A DNA stretch of 63,738 bases, filler included, from Octopus bimaculoides (GCF_001194135.2; 5 parts of 4 records of this genome joined end to end with filler, not necessarily neighbours in it), one strand, 5' to 3'. Shown: positions 42,718 through 56,691, numbered from the whole stretch's first letter. The notes: generated by a model not told the origin, from the sequence alone. A program made the numbers and translations.

Positions 42718-43274
42718 TATATATATAAAATTTATTTGGAAGGGGATGCATGGCATTCAATCATATAATAATATAAATGATATATATATATNNNNNNNNN
42801 NNNNNNNNNNNNNNNNNNNNNNNNNNNNNNNNNNNNNNNNNNNNNNNNNNNNNNNNNNNNNNNNNNNNNNNNNNNNNNNNNNNNNNNNNNNNNATATATG
42901 CATATATACATACGTATATGTACATACTTACATCTATACGTATACATATATATATATATATATGTACAGATGTAAGAATGTACATATACACTCATCAAAA
43001 TCTTGTAATTTATAGCCTGTTCACTGATAGTCTTTTTCCGCATTATTTCTGATAATCAATAATACACTAGCTGGAATTATGGAAATTCCACAGTTGTTGA
43101 CTGTTAAGATCCAACAATTAATCCAATGTGTATTTGTACAAAGATACAAGATTTTGCTGAAATTATTTATCACCAGTGGATTGGCAGGTGAAAAAGGAAA
43201 CAAAATTCAGTTATTTTACTTCTTTAACAGCCAATGATTCATAAATATTCTTTTCTACTCTAGGCACAAGGCCC

Positions 43275-43395
43275 AAGACTTCAAGCACCCAGGTTTGCCA
43301 AGCGGTCAACCATCTAAGTACTAACTAGGCTCGACATTGCTTAACTTTGGTGATCAGACGAGAACTGGTGTTTTCAATGTGATATGGCCATAAAC
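43275..43395 (-). pseudogene. Full-length 5S rRNA retrocopy, fused to a SINE tail
   Basis: The reverse complement gtttatggccatatcacattgaaaacaccagttctcgtctgatcaccaaagttaagcaatgtcgagcctagttagtacttagatggttgaccgcttggc...gggtgct follows the invertebrate 5S sequence. Multiple substitutions, a single copy and a flanking TSD indicate a retrocopy. Confidence 0.9.
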
Positions 43396-43789
43396 AATGA
43401 TTAATAAATATTACAATCATTCACACTGTAGTATCATTATAATAACACTGCAACTGCATCATTACATTGTTAATTATAATTATCATAAATTATACCATCA
43501 GCATTCTGTATATCTTACTTAATGTAGGTATTCTATAAAAAGCCACAAAACTGCAGTATTCATCTTAAGAAATGTTCTCATACAGATTGTATAGAGCTAA
43601 AAAATGCAGACGTGTATCAATAGCAGACGCAAAGCATCCTCGCTACTGACGACATGCAAAGACATAGAAATCACGATTTGGCAATTCTACCACAGCTGTT
43701 GGCTACTTTTTGTCTGCTAATGCTAATGCTACACCTCAATACTTTTTAGCACTATATATCCATGAGAGATGTTTTCTCAAGAAGAGTAC

Positions 43790-43990
43790 TGTAGCACGGA
43801 ATTTTGTCAGTGAACAGGTCGCGATCTGAAAGCGATGAAAATATTTTGACAAATTAAATTTAGATGTTGAAGTGAATCTAATGGTTTTTGTGTGTTTCTT
43901 AAATGGCTTATAAACACCTTCCACGCTGCAATTGTTTTCGTTCCAGCACACGATCTCAGATCAGGTCACTTGCTATACAAGTACATCTCC
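43790..43990. mobile_element. DNA-transposon/MITE end fragment
   Basis: Shares acggaattttgtcagtgaacaggtcgcg and ..gatctcagatcaggtcacttgctat..aagtacatct with 27220-27425. Confidence 0.6.
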
Positions 43991-44009
43991 GTAATATATA
44001 TATATATGC

Positions 44010-44043
<34 letters not shown>

Positions 44044-44047
<4 letters not shown>

Positions 44048-44182
44048 GGCTTCTTTTAGTTTCTGTCTACCAAATCCACTCACAAGGCTATAGTAGAAGC
44101 CTGAGGCCAATGTTCCACTGAACCTGGACTGAACCTGGAACCATGTGGTTGGGAAGTAAACTTCTTACCACAAAGCCACAGA
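44044..44182 (-). mobile_element. SINE family A (further partial copies at ~32826-33117, ~36315-36590, ~37372-37575, ~44500-44670, ~47176-47310 and ~55330-55560)
   Basis: gggcttctttcagtttc..aaatccactcacaaggct motif. Confidence 0.75.
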
Positions 44183-44347
44183 GTATAAAAACTGCACCCC
44201 TCTGCCAAGCTATGTCAAGCCAGTGTGGTAGAGTAGACTTATCAAGCCAGTAGGATTTCAAGCTCCAGTTCACAACCTCCACAACAGACGAAGATTAGTG
44301 GAGAGAACATGCTGAGGCCCTCATCCTGCAGCAGAGTAAAACATGGA

Positions 44348-44442
44348 TAATCCAATCCAATCTAATCCAATCCAATCCAATCCAATCCAATCCAATCCAA
44401 TCCAATCCAATCCAATCCAATCCAATCCAATCCAATCTAATC
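44348..44442. repeat. (CAATC)n pentanucleotide repeat
   Basis: Direct reading. Confidence 0.95.
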
Positions 44443-46419
44443 TGGGTCACGTATATTGAGACAACATGACTTGCAGAAAATACCAATCTTTATTTTTGTA
44501 TTTTACTTGTTTCAGTCACTAGACAGCAACCATGCTGGGGCACAACCTTCAAGAATCAGTTTTAGTCAAATGAACGACCCCAATATTTTTTTTTTAAACT
44601 TGGTATATTACATTAGTCTTTTTTGCTGAACTGCTACGGTGATGTAAACACACCAACACTGGTTGTCAGACCATAAAATTTAATTTCACAGAAGAAGGAT
44701 TAATGCTTTGTTTTAGTCAACATTTGTAAATGATAGTACATTCATCTTTGCTGTCTTTGCTTGTCCGATGTTCACCACTGGAAAAGCAACATCAGCTAAT
44801 TTTCTAGATGCAGACAAAGCAACATAAAATGCAACAGTTTATGACTAAATACTAGTTGTGGTAAGTAAATCACTACCTTACTAAATGTTCGACTCTGTGC
44901 CTCACTAATTGTCATTGTGAGTAATTTAGAAGTAAATTTAAATCACCAGGTGCCAGTTTAACTCTAGGCATTAATGCTCGCCTACCTGCCAAAGTACCAC
45001 TTATTAGTGAACCTTCACTCTAATTATTATATAATCTTTTATCGTTAATGTTTTGCTCGTTTCAGCAACTGGACTGCAGCCATGCTGGAGCACTGCATGG
45101 AGAGTGGTGCTGAGCTGGTGGTTGTTGTGGTGTAATCTTACTAACAGTTATACTATAATGCTGGTTATTATCATGATGGACTCCCGTATGAGTGTCCAGC
45201 TTTTGTTGAATGACCTACACATATGGCTTGTTTATAGGGGTCAAATGTATGTGCCATGCATTAGCTCAATCCCTCCATCAAAATGATATTGCCTGTACAG
45301 GGGCACAAGTGTGCCAGATGTAAGATGTCAAAATGCTTGTGGAGCAATGTGAGATGAAGTGTTTTGCCCAAGAACACAATGCACAGTGTAATCCAGGAAC
45401 TGAACCCATGGTCTAGCGATCGCGAGTGCAACACCCAAACCACTGGGTCACATACCAATAATGATATACTGTAAATGATGATTTCAAATTTTGGCAAAAA
45501 GCAAGCATTTTTGGAAGGAGAGGATAAGTCGATCACATCAACCCCAGTATTTACACTTATTTTATCGACCCCCGAAAGGATGAAAGGCAAAGTCAACTTT
45601 GGCAGCATTTGAACTCAGAACGCAAGGACAGACAAAATGTTGCTCAGCATTTTGCCTGGTGTACTAACAACTCTGCCAGCTCACTACCTTATATGGCATA
45701 AATAATAACAGCTGTGCTGCAGTGTTGGTGTTGGTGGTGGTGGTGGTGGTGGTGTTGGTGGTGGTGGTGGTGGTGGTGGTGGTGGCTGTGGTTACAGCAA
45801 AGTATCAATAAGAGCTCTGTGATATGACAGTAGCAATTATAGTGATACAATGTTAATAATAATGGCGTTGGCTGTAGTGTTAACTAATAATAATAGTTGT
45901 ACTATGATGGGCTGTTGGTAATGGTTGTACAGGTAGAGTGTATATAGCAATCTCTCTGGGGTGGTTACACTGGTGTAGTCATGTGATGTAATAACTGAGG
46001 TGTGGTGAAAGCATTCAAAGTGTGGTAGTAGCAAATAGAGGTGTGGTGGCAGCAATGAAGATGCAGAAAGTAGCAATGAAAGTGTAACACTTGCGTAAGA
46101 CATAAGGTGGTAGCAGTAGCAATACTGGGGTGTGGTGATAGCAATTGAGAAATGACGGAGCAGAAGTGTAACAATGTCAACAGGAAAACGAAGGTAGGAA
46201 GAGTAATAAAAAATCTCCGATAAGCAAACACAACACAAAAGGTGAAGCAGATAGCACAACGAACTACAAATCATCAATGACTAGTAAAAGCTTTAATGGA
46301 AAAAAAAAAGTGTCAAAAGTGACATTTAACAAGAAATAACAAACTCTTGTTTACCTGGATCTCCTAAACTAAATACCCTAATTAAAAAGCGGAATGTTGT
46401 TCAGACAGTTATGACTGAT

Positions 46420-46462
<43 letters not shown>

Positions 46463-47319
46463 NNNNNNNNNNNNNNNNNNNNNNNNNNNNNNNNNNNNNN
46501 NNNNNNNNNNNNNNNNNNNNNNNNNNNNNNNNNNNNNNNNNNNNNNNNNNNNNNNNNNNNNNNNNNNNNNNNNNNNNNNNNNNNNNNNNNNNNNNNNNNN
46601 NNNNNNNNNNNNNNNNNNNNNNNNNNNNNNNNNNNNNNNNNNNNNNNNNNNNNNNNNNNNNNNNNNNNNNNNNNNNNNNNNNNNNNNNNNNNNNNNNNNN
46701 NNNNNNNNNNNNNNNNNNNNNNNNNNNNNNNNNNNNNNNNNNNNNNNNNNNNNNNNNNNNNNNNNNNNNNNNNNNNNNNNNNNNNNNNNNNNNNNNNNNN
46801 NNNNNNNNNNNNNNNNNNNNNNNNNNNNNNNNNNNNNNNNNNNNNNNNNNNNNNNNNNNNNNNNNNNNNNNNNNNNNNNNNNNNNNNNNNNNNNNNNNNN
46901 NNNNNNNNNNNNNNNNNNNNNNNNNNNNNNNNNNNNNNNNNNNNNNNNNNNNNNNNNNNNNNNNNNNNNNNNNNNNNNNNNNNNNNNNNNNNNNNNNNNN
47001 NNNNNNNNNNNNNNNNNNNNNNNNNNNNNNNNNNNNNNNNNNNNNNNNNNNNNNNNNNNNNNNNNNNNNNNNNNNNNNNNNNNNNNNNNNNNNNNNNNNN
47101 NNNNNNNNNNNNNNNNNNNNNNNNNNNNNNNNNNNNNNNNNNNNNATATATGTGTGTGTGTGTGTGTGTGTGTATGTACCAAATCCGCTCACAGCCTCTA
47201 TGGTCAGCCCATGGCTATAGTAGAAAACACTTGACCAAAGTGCCAAACTGTGGGACAAAAGTTGAAGTCATCTGGTTGGAAAACAAACTTCTGAACCACA
47301 CAGAACAACCTTGCCTGCA

Positions 47320-47360
<41 letters not shown>

Positions 47361-48857
47361 GCACACATCATATATATATATATATATTAATGACAATACA
47401 TACATACACACGTGTGTGTGTGGTGTGTTTATATAACACAATTGTCCAAGGTGGAATAGTGGGACAGCATGACTGCAAAGCCAACACCTGAAGCACTTAA
47501 CCATGATCTGTGAACAATAGCTTGTCACTGGTTACAAGTTTCTAATACACCAGCCATTGACTCATGGCACTTCTAACAGTGGAGAGTAACAATAATAAGG
47601 GAGTGTCACTAGAGCTTTGTTGTCTGAATGATATACATTAGCAAAAGACATACACATACACGCACAATACACACGCGCACACACACACACACACACTTGT
47701 ATACATACATACACACCTCTTTCATTGTACATCATCATCATCATCATTTAATGTCCATATTCCATGCTGGCATGGGTTGGACAGTTTTAACATGAGGTGG
47801 GAAGCTACAGGGCAGCACAAGGTTCCATCTGTCTGTTTTGCATGCTTTCTACAGCTGGATGCCTTTACTGACACCAACCATGTTACCAAAAGAGCATCCG
47901 TCTATAGAGAATCTGTCTCAGTAAACCAATGCAAGCATGAAAACGTGAGTATTAAAAGGACAATGATGATGAGGATGTGAGTGTATGCATGTATTCCATG
48001 GCAGTCGACTTTGCCTTTCATTGTTTTGGGGTCGATAAATTAAGTACCAGTTGCATACTAGGTAAATCTAATCGACTGGCCCCACCTCCCCAAAAATTTC
48101 GGGTCTTGTGCATAGAGTAGAAAAGATTGTTTCACCAACATCTGTAGAAGATTCATCAGGCATGCAATGATACTGCTAAATCAAACTTTACTCCATAGAA
48201 TATATACGACACATTGATTCTATTACAACCATTTCGCACACACTCACACACACATGCTATCACACATATACAAACACATGCAAGTTATGTGTCAATCTCT
48301 AAAGATATAGTACAAGACACTTGCTCAATATGGCTGCACAATAGAATTGATCTCAGAGCAACCTGGCTTCAAAACGGACGTTTTTAACCACACAGCTATC
48401 TAATACTGTAGTACACCTAAATCACACTGGCAATATTATTAATGATGTAAGCTTTATCTATACCAAAATAAATACAACAATTAACACACAGATAGTGTAC
48501 CCTAGCAACAAACTGTGACGAGTTTGATTGCAGAATAAAAGCTGCCATTAACAATGAATATAATAAAAATTACAGCATTGTTATGACAACGTAAATCTCA
48601 TGATTGTCGTCCATTGAAAAACAGCAGAAACAAAGTATAAGGCACTTGAGGAGCCTGTATGTGACCTCCCAAAATGCTAGAAATAAAAGCCAAATCTCCT
48701 GCAAAGCACACTCTTACTGTATTCAAAGGAAAAATAACAGATGCATTTGACAATGTAGTCCTGGTTTTGTAATTCCAAGTAAAAAGAAGTGATGATTTTA
48801 ACTGGAAAGCTTGAGATTCTACCCCTGGACAATATGAGCTGACCAATGGCATAACAA

Positions 48858-49222
48858 TATTCCTTTCAACTCTAGGCACAAGGCCCGAAATTTTGGGGGA
48901 GTGGGCCAATCAATTAGATCGACGCCAGTATGCAACTGGTACTTAATTTATCGACCCCCCAAAAGGATGAAAGGTAAATTTGACCTCAGCGGAATTTGAA
49001 CTCAGAACATAAAGACAGATGAAATACCAGTAAGCATTTATATATATATTGTTATAATATAATAATAACAATGTTTTCTAGTCTAGGCACAAGGCCTGAA
49101 ATTTGGGGGGAGTGGGACAGTTGATTAGATCAACCACAGTACGCAACTGGTACTTAATCTATCAACCCCATAAGGATGAAAGGCAAAGTTGACATTGGTG
49201 GAATTTGAACTCAGAACATAAA
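48858..49222 (-). mobile_element. Two tandem SINE family B copies
   Basis: ctaggcacaaggcc..aactcagaacataa repeated twice. Confidence 0.75.
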
Positions 49223-49531
49223 TACACATATACTTTCTATTTCATTCTTTTATTCTTTTACTTGATTCAGTCATTTGACAGTGGCCATGCTGCAGCACTC
49301 AAATGATGTTTTTTATGTGCCACCTGCACAGGAGCCAGTCCAGGGGCACTGGCAACGACCTCGCTCAAATATATATATACCAGAATACACAAAGGGTGGA
49401 ATGCTAACCAATGGGAATATATGGTAAAGAGCAAAGCAATGAGTCTAAATTCTATATTTTCAGGAAAAAAGAAGGCAGGATATAAGATGGAGAGGAAGAG
49501 AAAAGTGAAAGAAATATATTAAAACATCTCT

Positions 49532-49812
49532 GAAGTGGCTGTGTGGTAAGTAGCTTGCTTACCAATCACATGGTTCTGGGTTAAGTTCCACTGCGNNNNN
49601 NNNNNTGTGTGTATATGTTTGTGTGTCTGTGTCCCCCCCCCCAACATCGCTTGACAACCGACACTGGTATGTTTACATCCCTGTAACTTAGCAGTTCGGC
49701 AAAAGACATAGATAGAATAAGTACTAGGCTTACAAACAATAAATCCTAGGTCGATTTTTTCGACTAAAGGCATTGCTCCAGCGTGGCCGCAGTTAAATGA
49801 CTGAAACAAGTA
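49532..49812 (+). mobile_element. SINE family A
   Basis: Head, gap, tail ..ctccagcgtggccgcagttaaatgactgaaac. Confidence 0.8.
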
Positions 49813-51231
49813 AAAGAATAAGTGAAATAATGAAACATCTGGAAGACTCTGTTAATGCCTGGTGGTGTTTAAATAACATGAACGCTAAATACTGACTCTT
49901 TAGTAGTTAAACTAGCCATATCCTGCCCCAAATATTCCACCTGGTCCATGTATAAAGTGGCCACTTCTAGCCTTTCACACCTACCTGACAATGTCATTCA
50001 AAATATAAACAATCACATCATTGAAATAACAAAGCTACAACGTAATGAATGGGTAATTCAAAACAATGTGAATAAATATGTTACATTTGACAGAGTAATC
50101 TCAATGTTAAAGGGTTGAAATTTAATTATGAAATACTGTGATATTGCACTGAGATTAATAGCACACGAAACATGTGGTGTCACCAGTAAGCTCCAGTAAC
50201 AAACCATGGTGGTTCACGTGTTAAAATGGTCCTCACAAGCCAACGCTATCTCTACTCATTCACCAACCAATTTACAGTATACTGGATGCATTTTGTCTGT
50301 GTACGTGTTCTGTAATTTTAGCAAAAAACATCCCTTCATCGTCATCATTTAACATCCCTTCTTCCAAGCTAGCATGGGTTGGACAATTCAACAGAAACCA
50401 ATGTGCAAAACCATCTTTGTCTGACTACAAGAGACTACCATCAAGGCTGCACGTGTGTCTGTAGAAACCTCAGCCACTTGCATGCTAATCTCACAAGCAG
50501 ACTGTTCCGTTGATCGGATCAACTGGAACCCTTGTCGATGTAACCGACGACGTGCCAGTTTTTAACGAACCCTTGGCATGGTTTCTACAGCTGGACACCC
50601 TTCTTAACACCAACTACTTTACGGAGAATATGGGTTGCTACTTCTTTTGTGAAGCCAACACTAATGAGGTCTATAAGTATTCATAAGACAAGCTCCCAAT
50701 CCAATCCCCCCCCCCACCGCCGTCAGCTGAGAAGGGTATAGTATTGAAGGATGTGAATGTATGACAGGGACTGACGCCTTGATGAAGAGGTGAATACACA
50801 GCTTCCTCATCTGTAGTGTAAAAATATTTCAACGAATGCACAGAATCCCGTTTACATGAAATGTACAAGTTTTTGTGCATTTCTGGGCCTTGCAAACCTT
50901 AAAACAGAAAAAAAAAATTGCTAAGAAAATAACTGTCATAAATTCGTGGAAGAGAGAGAGAATAAAAAGTTGTGCAGAGATACATGCAAAATGAAAGTCC
51001 AACAGACATACACATACACACACATTAGCAAATAATGTGTGCTCAAACAAATAGACAAACACCAACAGTCTTGGACATATATATGTACAAAACATGCATA
51101 TATAGGTGGTGCTCCAGCATGGCCGCAATGTATAAATATATATATATATATATATCCGAGCGTCATACTAATATATACTTTTGTTATTTACACCACCTGT
51201 CCTCGTCTGTTGTTATTTTTTGTATATTCTC

Positions 51232-51304
<73 letters not shown>

Positions 51305-51510
51305 CAATTAAAAGGCAATATATAGAAAAGGTGAGGCCATACTATTTGGAGTATAGCAAAGACACCAAGCTGACTGTCAGCAACTAACATGTGGACCATT
51401 TCCTGCTCTCTCTCTCTGACATCCAAACTGCTCTCAAACCCCTCCATCAGCATGAGAGACGTTCTTTTGGTGTTTGCCAAGTATGAAAATTATCAGATCC
51501 AGCATACCTA

Positions 51511-51882
51511 CACGAGTGTGTCCCCATCCCATCCTGCTGATTTTGTTTGCTCCTAACTTTTAGAAAAATGGATATTATTTAATGAAATTTTCTATAAATA
51601 TGCTTTAGATGGTGTAGATTCCGATTATATCGGAATTCGTTATGAAAATTTTTTTCTGGGGCTTGGGCGAGAAGTTTCAGAAAATTCAAGCGTGTCGGCT
51701 TTTGTGTTGTGTATCAGTAGGTATGAGTGCGACTCCAACTTTCTTTTTCTTTTTTTGCATATTAAATTCTAATATAATCGTAATCTATACACACTGAAAG
51801 GTATATGTAGAAAATTTCATAAGAAAATATCCATTTTTATGAAAGTCATGGGGAAACAAAGTCGGGGTAGGACACACTTGTG
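51511..51882. mobile_element. Tc1/mariner-like MITE with long imperfect TIRs
   Basis: cacgagtgtgtcc..aaaaatggatatt..aaattttcta mirrored by tagaaaatttc..aatatccattttt..ggacacacttgtg; TA on the left. Confidence 0.65.
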
Positions 51883-52690
51883 CAATTATGTCATCAGAGC
51901 TATGGATTGCTCTGACCAAATCGTGACGAATCTATTTTTAATGATTCTTTCTAATTTTAGTCCCAGGCCAGCAAATTTGAGAGCAGGGACAAGTGGATAA
52001 CATCAACCCCCAACACTTATCTAGTAATTTTTTTTTCTTCTTTTAAACGAACCGTGAAGGCACGTGGCTTAGTGGTTACGGTAACGGCTCATGATGGAAA
52101 GGTCGTGAATTCGATTCCCGGTAGAGGTGTACCTGTATTTCAAAGGGCCAGCCTTGTCAAATTCCGAGTCACGCTGAATCTCCCTGAGAACTACGTTAAG
52201 GGCACGTGTGTCTGTAGAAATCTCAGCCACTTGCATGATAATTTCACAAGCAGGCTGTTCCGTTGATCAGATCAACTGGAACCCTCGTCGATGTAACCGA
52301 CGTCGTACCAGTTTTTAACGAACCTCAGAGAATAAAAAGCTAACCCGACTTCGGCAGAATTTAAACTCAGGATCTATTTTTAAAGTTACCATATTTTGAT
52401 TACTGTGATTTTCATAAAATTTTCTACTGATTCTGTTCATTTACCAAATTTTAAACCTGTCTTTTGTACAATGTCTTTGCCCATCCCTCCATTTCAGTCA
52501 TAGCTTTTTTTGTTGCTATTTATTTTTGAGGTGGGGATTAACAGTCATTGTATTTGTACGTGTTGAGCCCTTGTGACTAATAAAAAACAAACAGTCATTA
52601 TTCGCCGAGATCGAAATTTGCTTTTAAACCTTTCGGAGTTAATGAAAATAAGTACAAACTAAATATTGGAGTCGCTGCATTTAACAAGAC

Positions 52691-52837
52691 CAGTGGTTTC
52701 CAACCTGTGGACCGCAAAGGTAATACTGGTGGCCCGTGAACATGCTAGGCCGACAGACCTTTCAATATCCTGGGTTCCGTGGGAAAACTCATTTAAATAA
52801 AAGGGGTCCTTGGTAGGGAAATGGTCGAGAACCACTG
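52691..52837. mobile_element. hAT (Charlie-like) MITE
   Basis: TIRs cagtggtttccaacc / ggtcgagaaccactg; the 8-bp TSD is degraded. Confidence 0.7.
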
Positions 52838-52902
52838 AACTAGGGTTTTCCCACAAAGTTTCAAACTTTTTTCCTATAGCAAGGGAGAATTATTATTATT
52901 AT

Positions 52903-53118
52903 TAAGATGGCAGGCTGGTAGGACAGTTAGCACGCCAGACAAAATGCCCAGTGATATTTCGTCCATCTGTACATTCTGAGTTCAAATTCCGCCGAAGTTG
53001 ACTTTTCCTTTCATCCTTCCGGGGCCGATAAAATAAGTACCAGTTGAGCTCTAGGGTTGATGTAATCGATTTTACCGCTCCTCTAAATTGCTGGCCTTGT
53101 GTTAAAATTTGAAACCAT
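52903..53118 (+). mobile_element. SINE family B, near complete
   Basis: aagatggcaggctggtagg..gttagcacgcc..ttctgagttcaaattccgccgaagttgact..ggccttgtgttaaaatttgaaacc. Confidence 0.8.
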
Positions 53119-53419
53119 TTACAGGCTTCTCTTCGTGCATTTATTCGTTTTGTACTTCAAATGGAATGATATATCATGAGTTGTAATAAATCATTAATGG
53201 TTGAAGTTACACCCACTTCACTGACAATGACAAATTATGGCTTAAAACTGTAACATATAGATGTATGTATGTGCGCATGTGTGTGTGTGTGTATATTACT
53301 AAAAGGTTAACCATGTTAAATACAGAGAAAGCAGAATCAAGAGGAATTAAAGACGCAATTAAATACTATTTAATAATTAACTTACATATATAAAAGAAAA
53401 TAAAAGAATTCAAATATAT

Positions 53420-53518
<99 letters not shown>

Positions 53519-54635
53519 CGTATGTATATATATACGTATGTATGTATGTATGTTAATGGAAGTGTACAGTATTTCATATCCGTTGCGACAGATCTTACCA
53601 ATTTGTTCCGCACCAGGGGTTCAACGGGATGTTAGATAACAGCCTGAGAGCGCAGGGTTAAATAATAGGACTGTTGAACCCTTAAACGATAGATAGATAG
53701 ATAGATAGACAGAGACAGACTGACAGACAGGTGTGTGTGTGTGTGTGTGTAGGGTTATAAATATTATAGTTTTATTTTAATTCTTGGTTTGAGGAATTTC
53801 TAATATGAGACGTTTTCTACGTGTATACCTATGTAACTCCTATTAGTAACGAAACATATGTAATAGGGAATAAATAATGTCAAAATCTATTTTCCCAGTT
53901 TTCTATTTTGATCTATGTGTGCGTTTGTGTATATATATATATATATTTCAGGCAAAAAAAAAGGGGGGTTCGCTTAGGTAGTTAAGTGATTTCTGATTCA
54001 GTATCACTGAATTGGGGGGAAAGTTCTAAATATCTGATGAGGCGAACGTATCCTACGTGACCAAGAAACATTAAGTCGTGAGGAACTGAGTCAAACTAGT
54101 ACGGTGTGTGTGTACATACAAGCTATTAAGGTGTGTGTGTACGCACACATAGTATGTGAGTGTGTGCTTAATTATATCATTCCGCGTGTTTAATGCGAAA
54201 GAAATCGATGACAGTGAATGCCAAGGAATGTCACTAAATTTTGTGGTTTCTTGTTTCATTTATTCATTATTTTTCAGCTTTTTTTTTTCTGACTGCGGTA
54301 ATGAATCAATCTAATTTCTGCTTCTTTAAGATAATCGACGCAACGGAGAAATCACTTTGATGCTATTCACACACACATGCATACAGGTAGGTAAAGTAGA
54401 TAGATGATGCTGATCATGTTGATCATGATGATGATGACAATTAGAAAAGGCCAATATTAATCCGGAGTTTAAATACCAAAGTGGGGAAATGTTCTAAAGA
54501 TATGTGGGTAGTGCATGTACGTGCATGTATGTGTATATATGTGTACATATAGCTTTCACGTAATTCAGGTGTCATAAATACTAAGTTTAAGGAGAATTTG
54601 TATTTAAAAGAGGTGTATGTATGTATACAAGTATG

Positions 54636-54679
<44 letters not shown>

Positions 54680-54786
54680 NNNNNNNNNNNNNNNNNNNNN
54701 NNNNNNNNNNNNNNNNNNNNNNNTTAATTAATTAANNNNNNNNNNNNNNNNNNNNNNNNNNNNNNNNNNNNNNNNNNNNATATATA

Positions 54787-54913
54787 CAGGGTGTCCACAA
54801 AGTCTGGGTACATGGGGATTAACACATACTTTAAGAAATTATTATTTCTTATATTTAATTGTTTATGTTATGATTTTATTTATTCCATGTACCCAGACCT
54901 TGTGGACACCCTG
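54787..54913. mobile_element. Tc1/mariner-type MITE, 127 bp
   Basis: 29-bp TIRs cagggtgtccacaa(a/g)gtctgggtacatgg (28/29 identical), flanked by TA on both sides. Confidence 0.9.
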
Positions 54914-55284
54914 TATATGTACACACATATATATATATATATGTATGTATGTATATAATGGACTCTCCTGTCGTTAGACAATGTATGAGGGTTCGACAAT
55001 TTCTTACCGAACACAGATGATTTGTTTACAGTGATCAAATGTCTGTGTACACATAAGCTCGCTCCCTCCATCAAATTGATATTACCTGTGCAGGTGCAAT
55101 GGGTGCCACACGTCAGAGCAACGTGAAATGAAGTGCTTTGCTCAAGAACACAATGCAGCACCCGGTCTTGGAATTGAACCCATGATCTCATAATCACGAG
55201 TACAACACCCCTAACCACATATATGATTTATCATTTTGTTTAGGCATAGCAATATTAATATCCTGGTGTTAGAACATAGTTTTC

Positions 55285-55328
<44 letters not shown>

Positions 55329-55628
55329 ACGCGCAGGACTGGCTGTGTGCTAAGTAGCTTGCTTACCAACCACATGGTTCCGGGCTCAGTCCCACTGCGT
55401 GACACCTTGAGCAAGTGTCTTCTACTATAGCCTTGGGCTGACCACATATACAAAAAAAACATTAATGTACAATGGGCTTCTTTTAGTTTCTGTCTATATC
55501 TGCTCACAAGGCTTTGGTCAAGGGGCCGTTGAGTGGGACTGAACCTGGAATCATATGGCTTGTTAACTGTACAGCTAAACCTGTGTCTATTGGTTAAGAA
55601 ATAACTAACATTTATTAGTAAATTTTGT

Positions 55629-56691
55629 CAATATTAGTAGGGTCTGTGGCCCCTGCAGGTACACAAGCACCTGGTTATAGCAGACTTTTGTTAACCCTGA
55701 TATCAGTAGGGTCTGTGGCCCCTGCAGGTACACAAACACCTGGTTATAGCAGACTTTTGTTAACCCTAATATTAGTAGGGTCTGTGGCCCCTGCAGGTAC
55801 ACAAACACCTGGTTATAGCAGACTTTTGTTAACCCTAATATTAGTAGGGTCTGTGGCCCCTGCAGGTACACAAACACCTGGTNNNNNNNNNNNNNNNNNN
55901 NNNNNNNNNNNNNNNNNNNNNNNNNNNNNNNNNNNNNNNNNNNNNNNNNNNNNNNNNNNNNNNNNNNNNNNNNNNNNNNNNNNNNNNNNNNNNNNNNNNN
56001 NNNNNNNNNNNNNNNNNNNNNNNNNNNNNNNNNNNNNNNNNNNNNNNNNNNNNNNNNNNNNNNNNNNNNNNNNNNNNNNNNNNNNNNNNNNNNNNNNNNN
56101 NNNNNNNNNNNNNNNNNNNNNNNNNNNNNNNNNNNNNNNNNNNNNNNNNNNNNNNNNNNNNNNNNNNNNNNNNNNNNNNNNNNNNNNNNNNNNNNNNNNN
56201 NNNNNNNNNNNNNNNNNNNNNNNNNNNNNNNNNNNNNNNNNNNNNNNNNNNNNNNNNNNNNNNNNNNNNNNNNNNNNNNNNNNNNNNNNNNNNNNNNNNN
56301 NNNNNNNNNNNNNNNNNNNNNNNNNNNNNNNNNNNNNNNNNNNNNNNNNNNNNNNNNNNNNNNNNNNNNNNNNNNNNNNNNNNNNNNNNNNNNNNNNNNN
56401 NNNNNNNNNNNNNNNNNNNNNNNNNNNNNNNNNNNNNNNNNNNNNNNNNNNNNNNNNNNNNATAGCAGACTTTTGTTAACCGTAATATTAGTAGGGTCTG
56501 TGGCCCCTGCAGGTACACAAACACCTGGTTATAGCAGACTTTTGTTAACCCTAATATTAGTAGGGTCTGTGGCCCCTGCAGGTACACAAACACCTGGTTA
56601 TAGCAGACTTTTGTTAACCCTAATATTAGTAGGGTCTGTGGCCCCTGCAAGTACACAAACATCTGGTTATAGCAGACTTTTGTTAACCCTA
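55629..56691. repeat. 69-bp minisatellite spanning an N gap
   Basis: Unit taatattagtagggtctgtggcccctgcaggtacacaaacacctggttatagcagacttttgttaaccc; ~3.7 units left of the gap and ~3.3 right. Confidence 0.95.

Noticed and set aside
43275-43395. Functional 5S rRNA gene
   Set aside because: Single copy, substituted, no T-run terminator, fused to a SINE tail within a TSD.
44808-44860. Strong donor GTG|gtaagt
   Set aside because: All upstream frames are closed; it shows the background rate of good splice sites.
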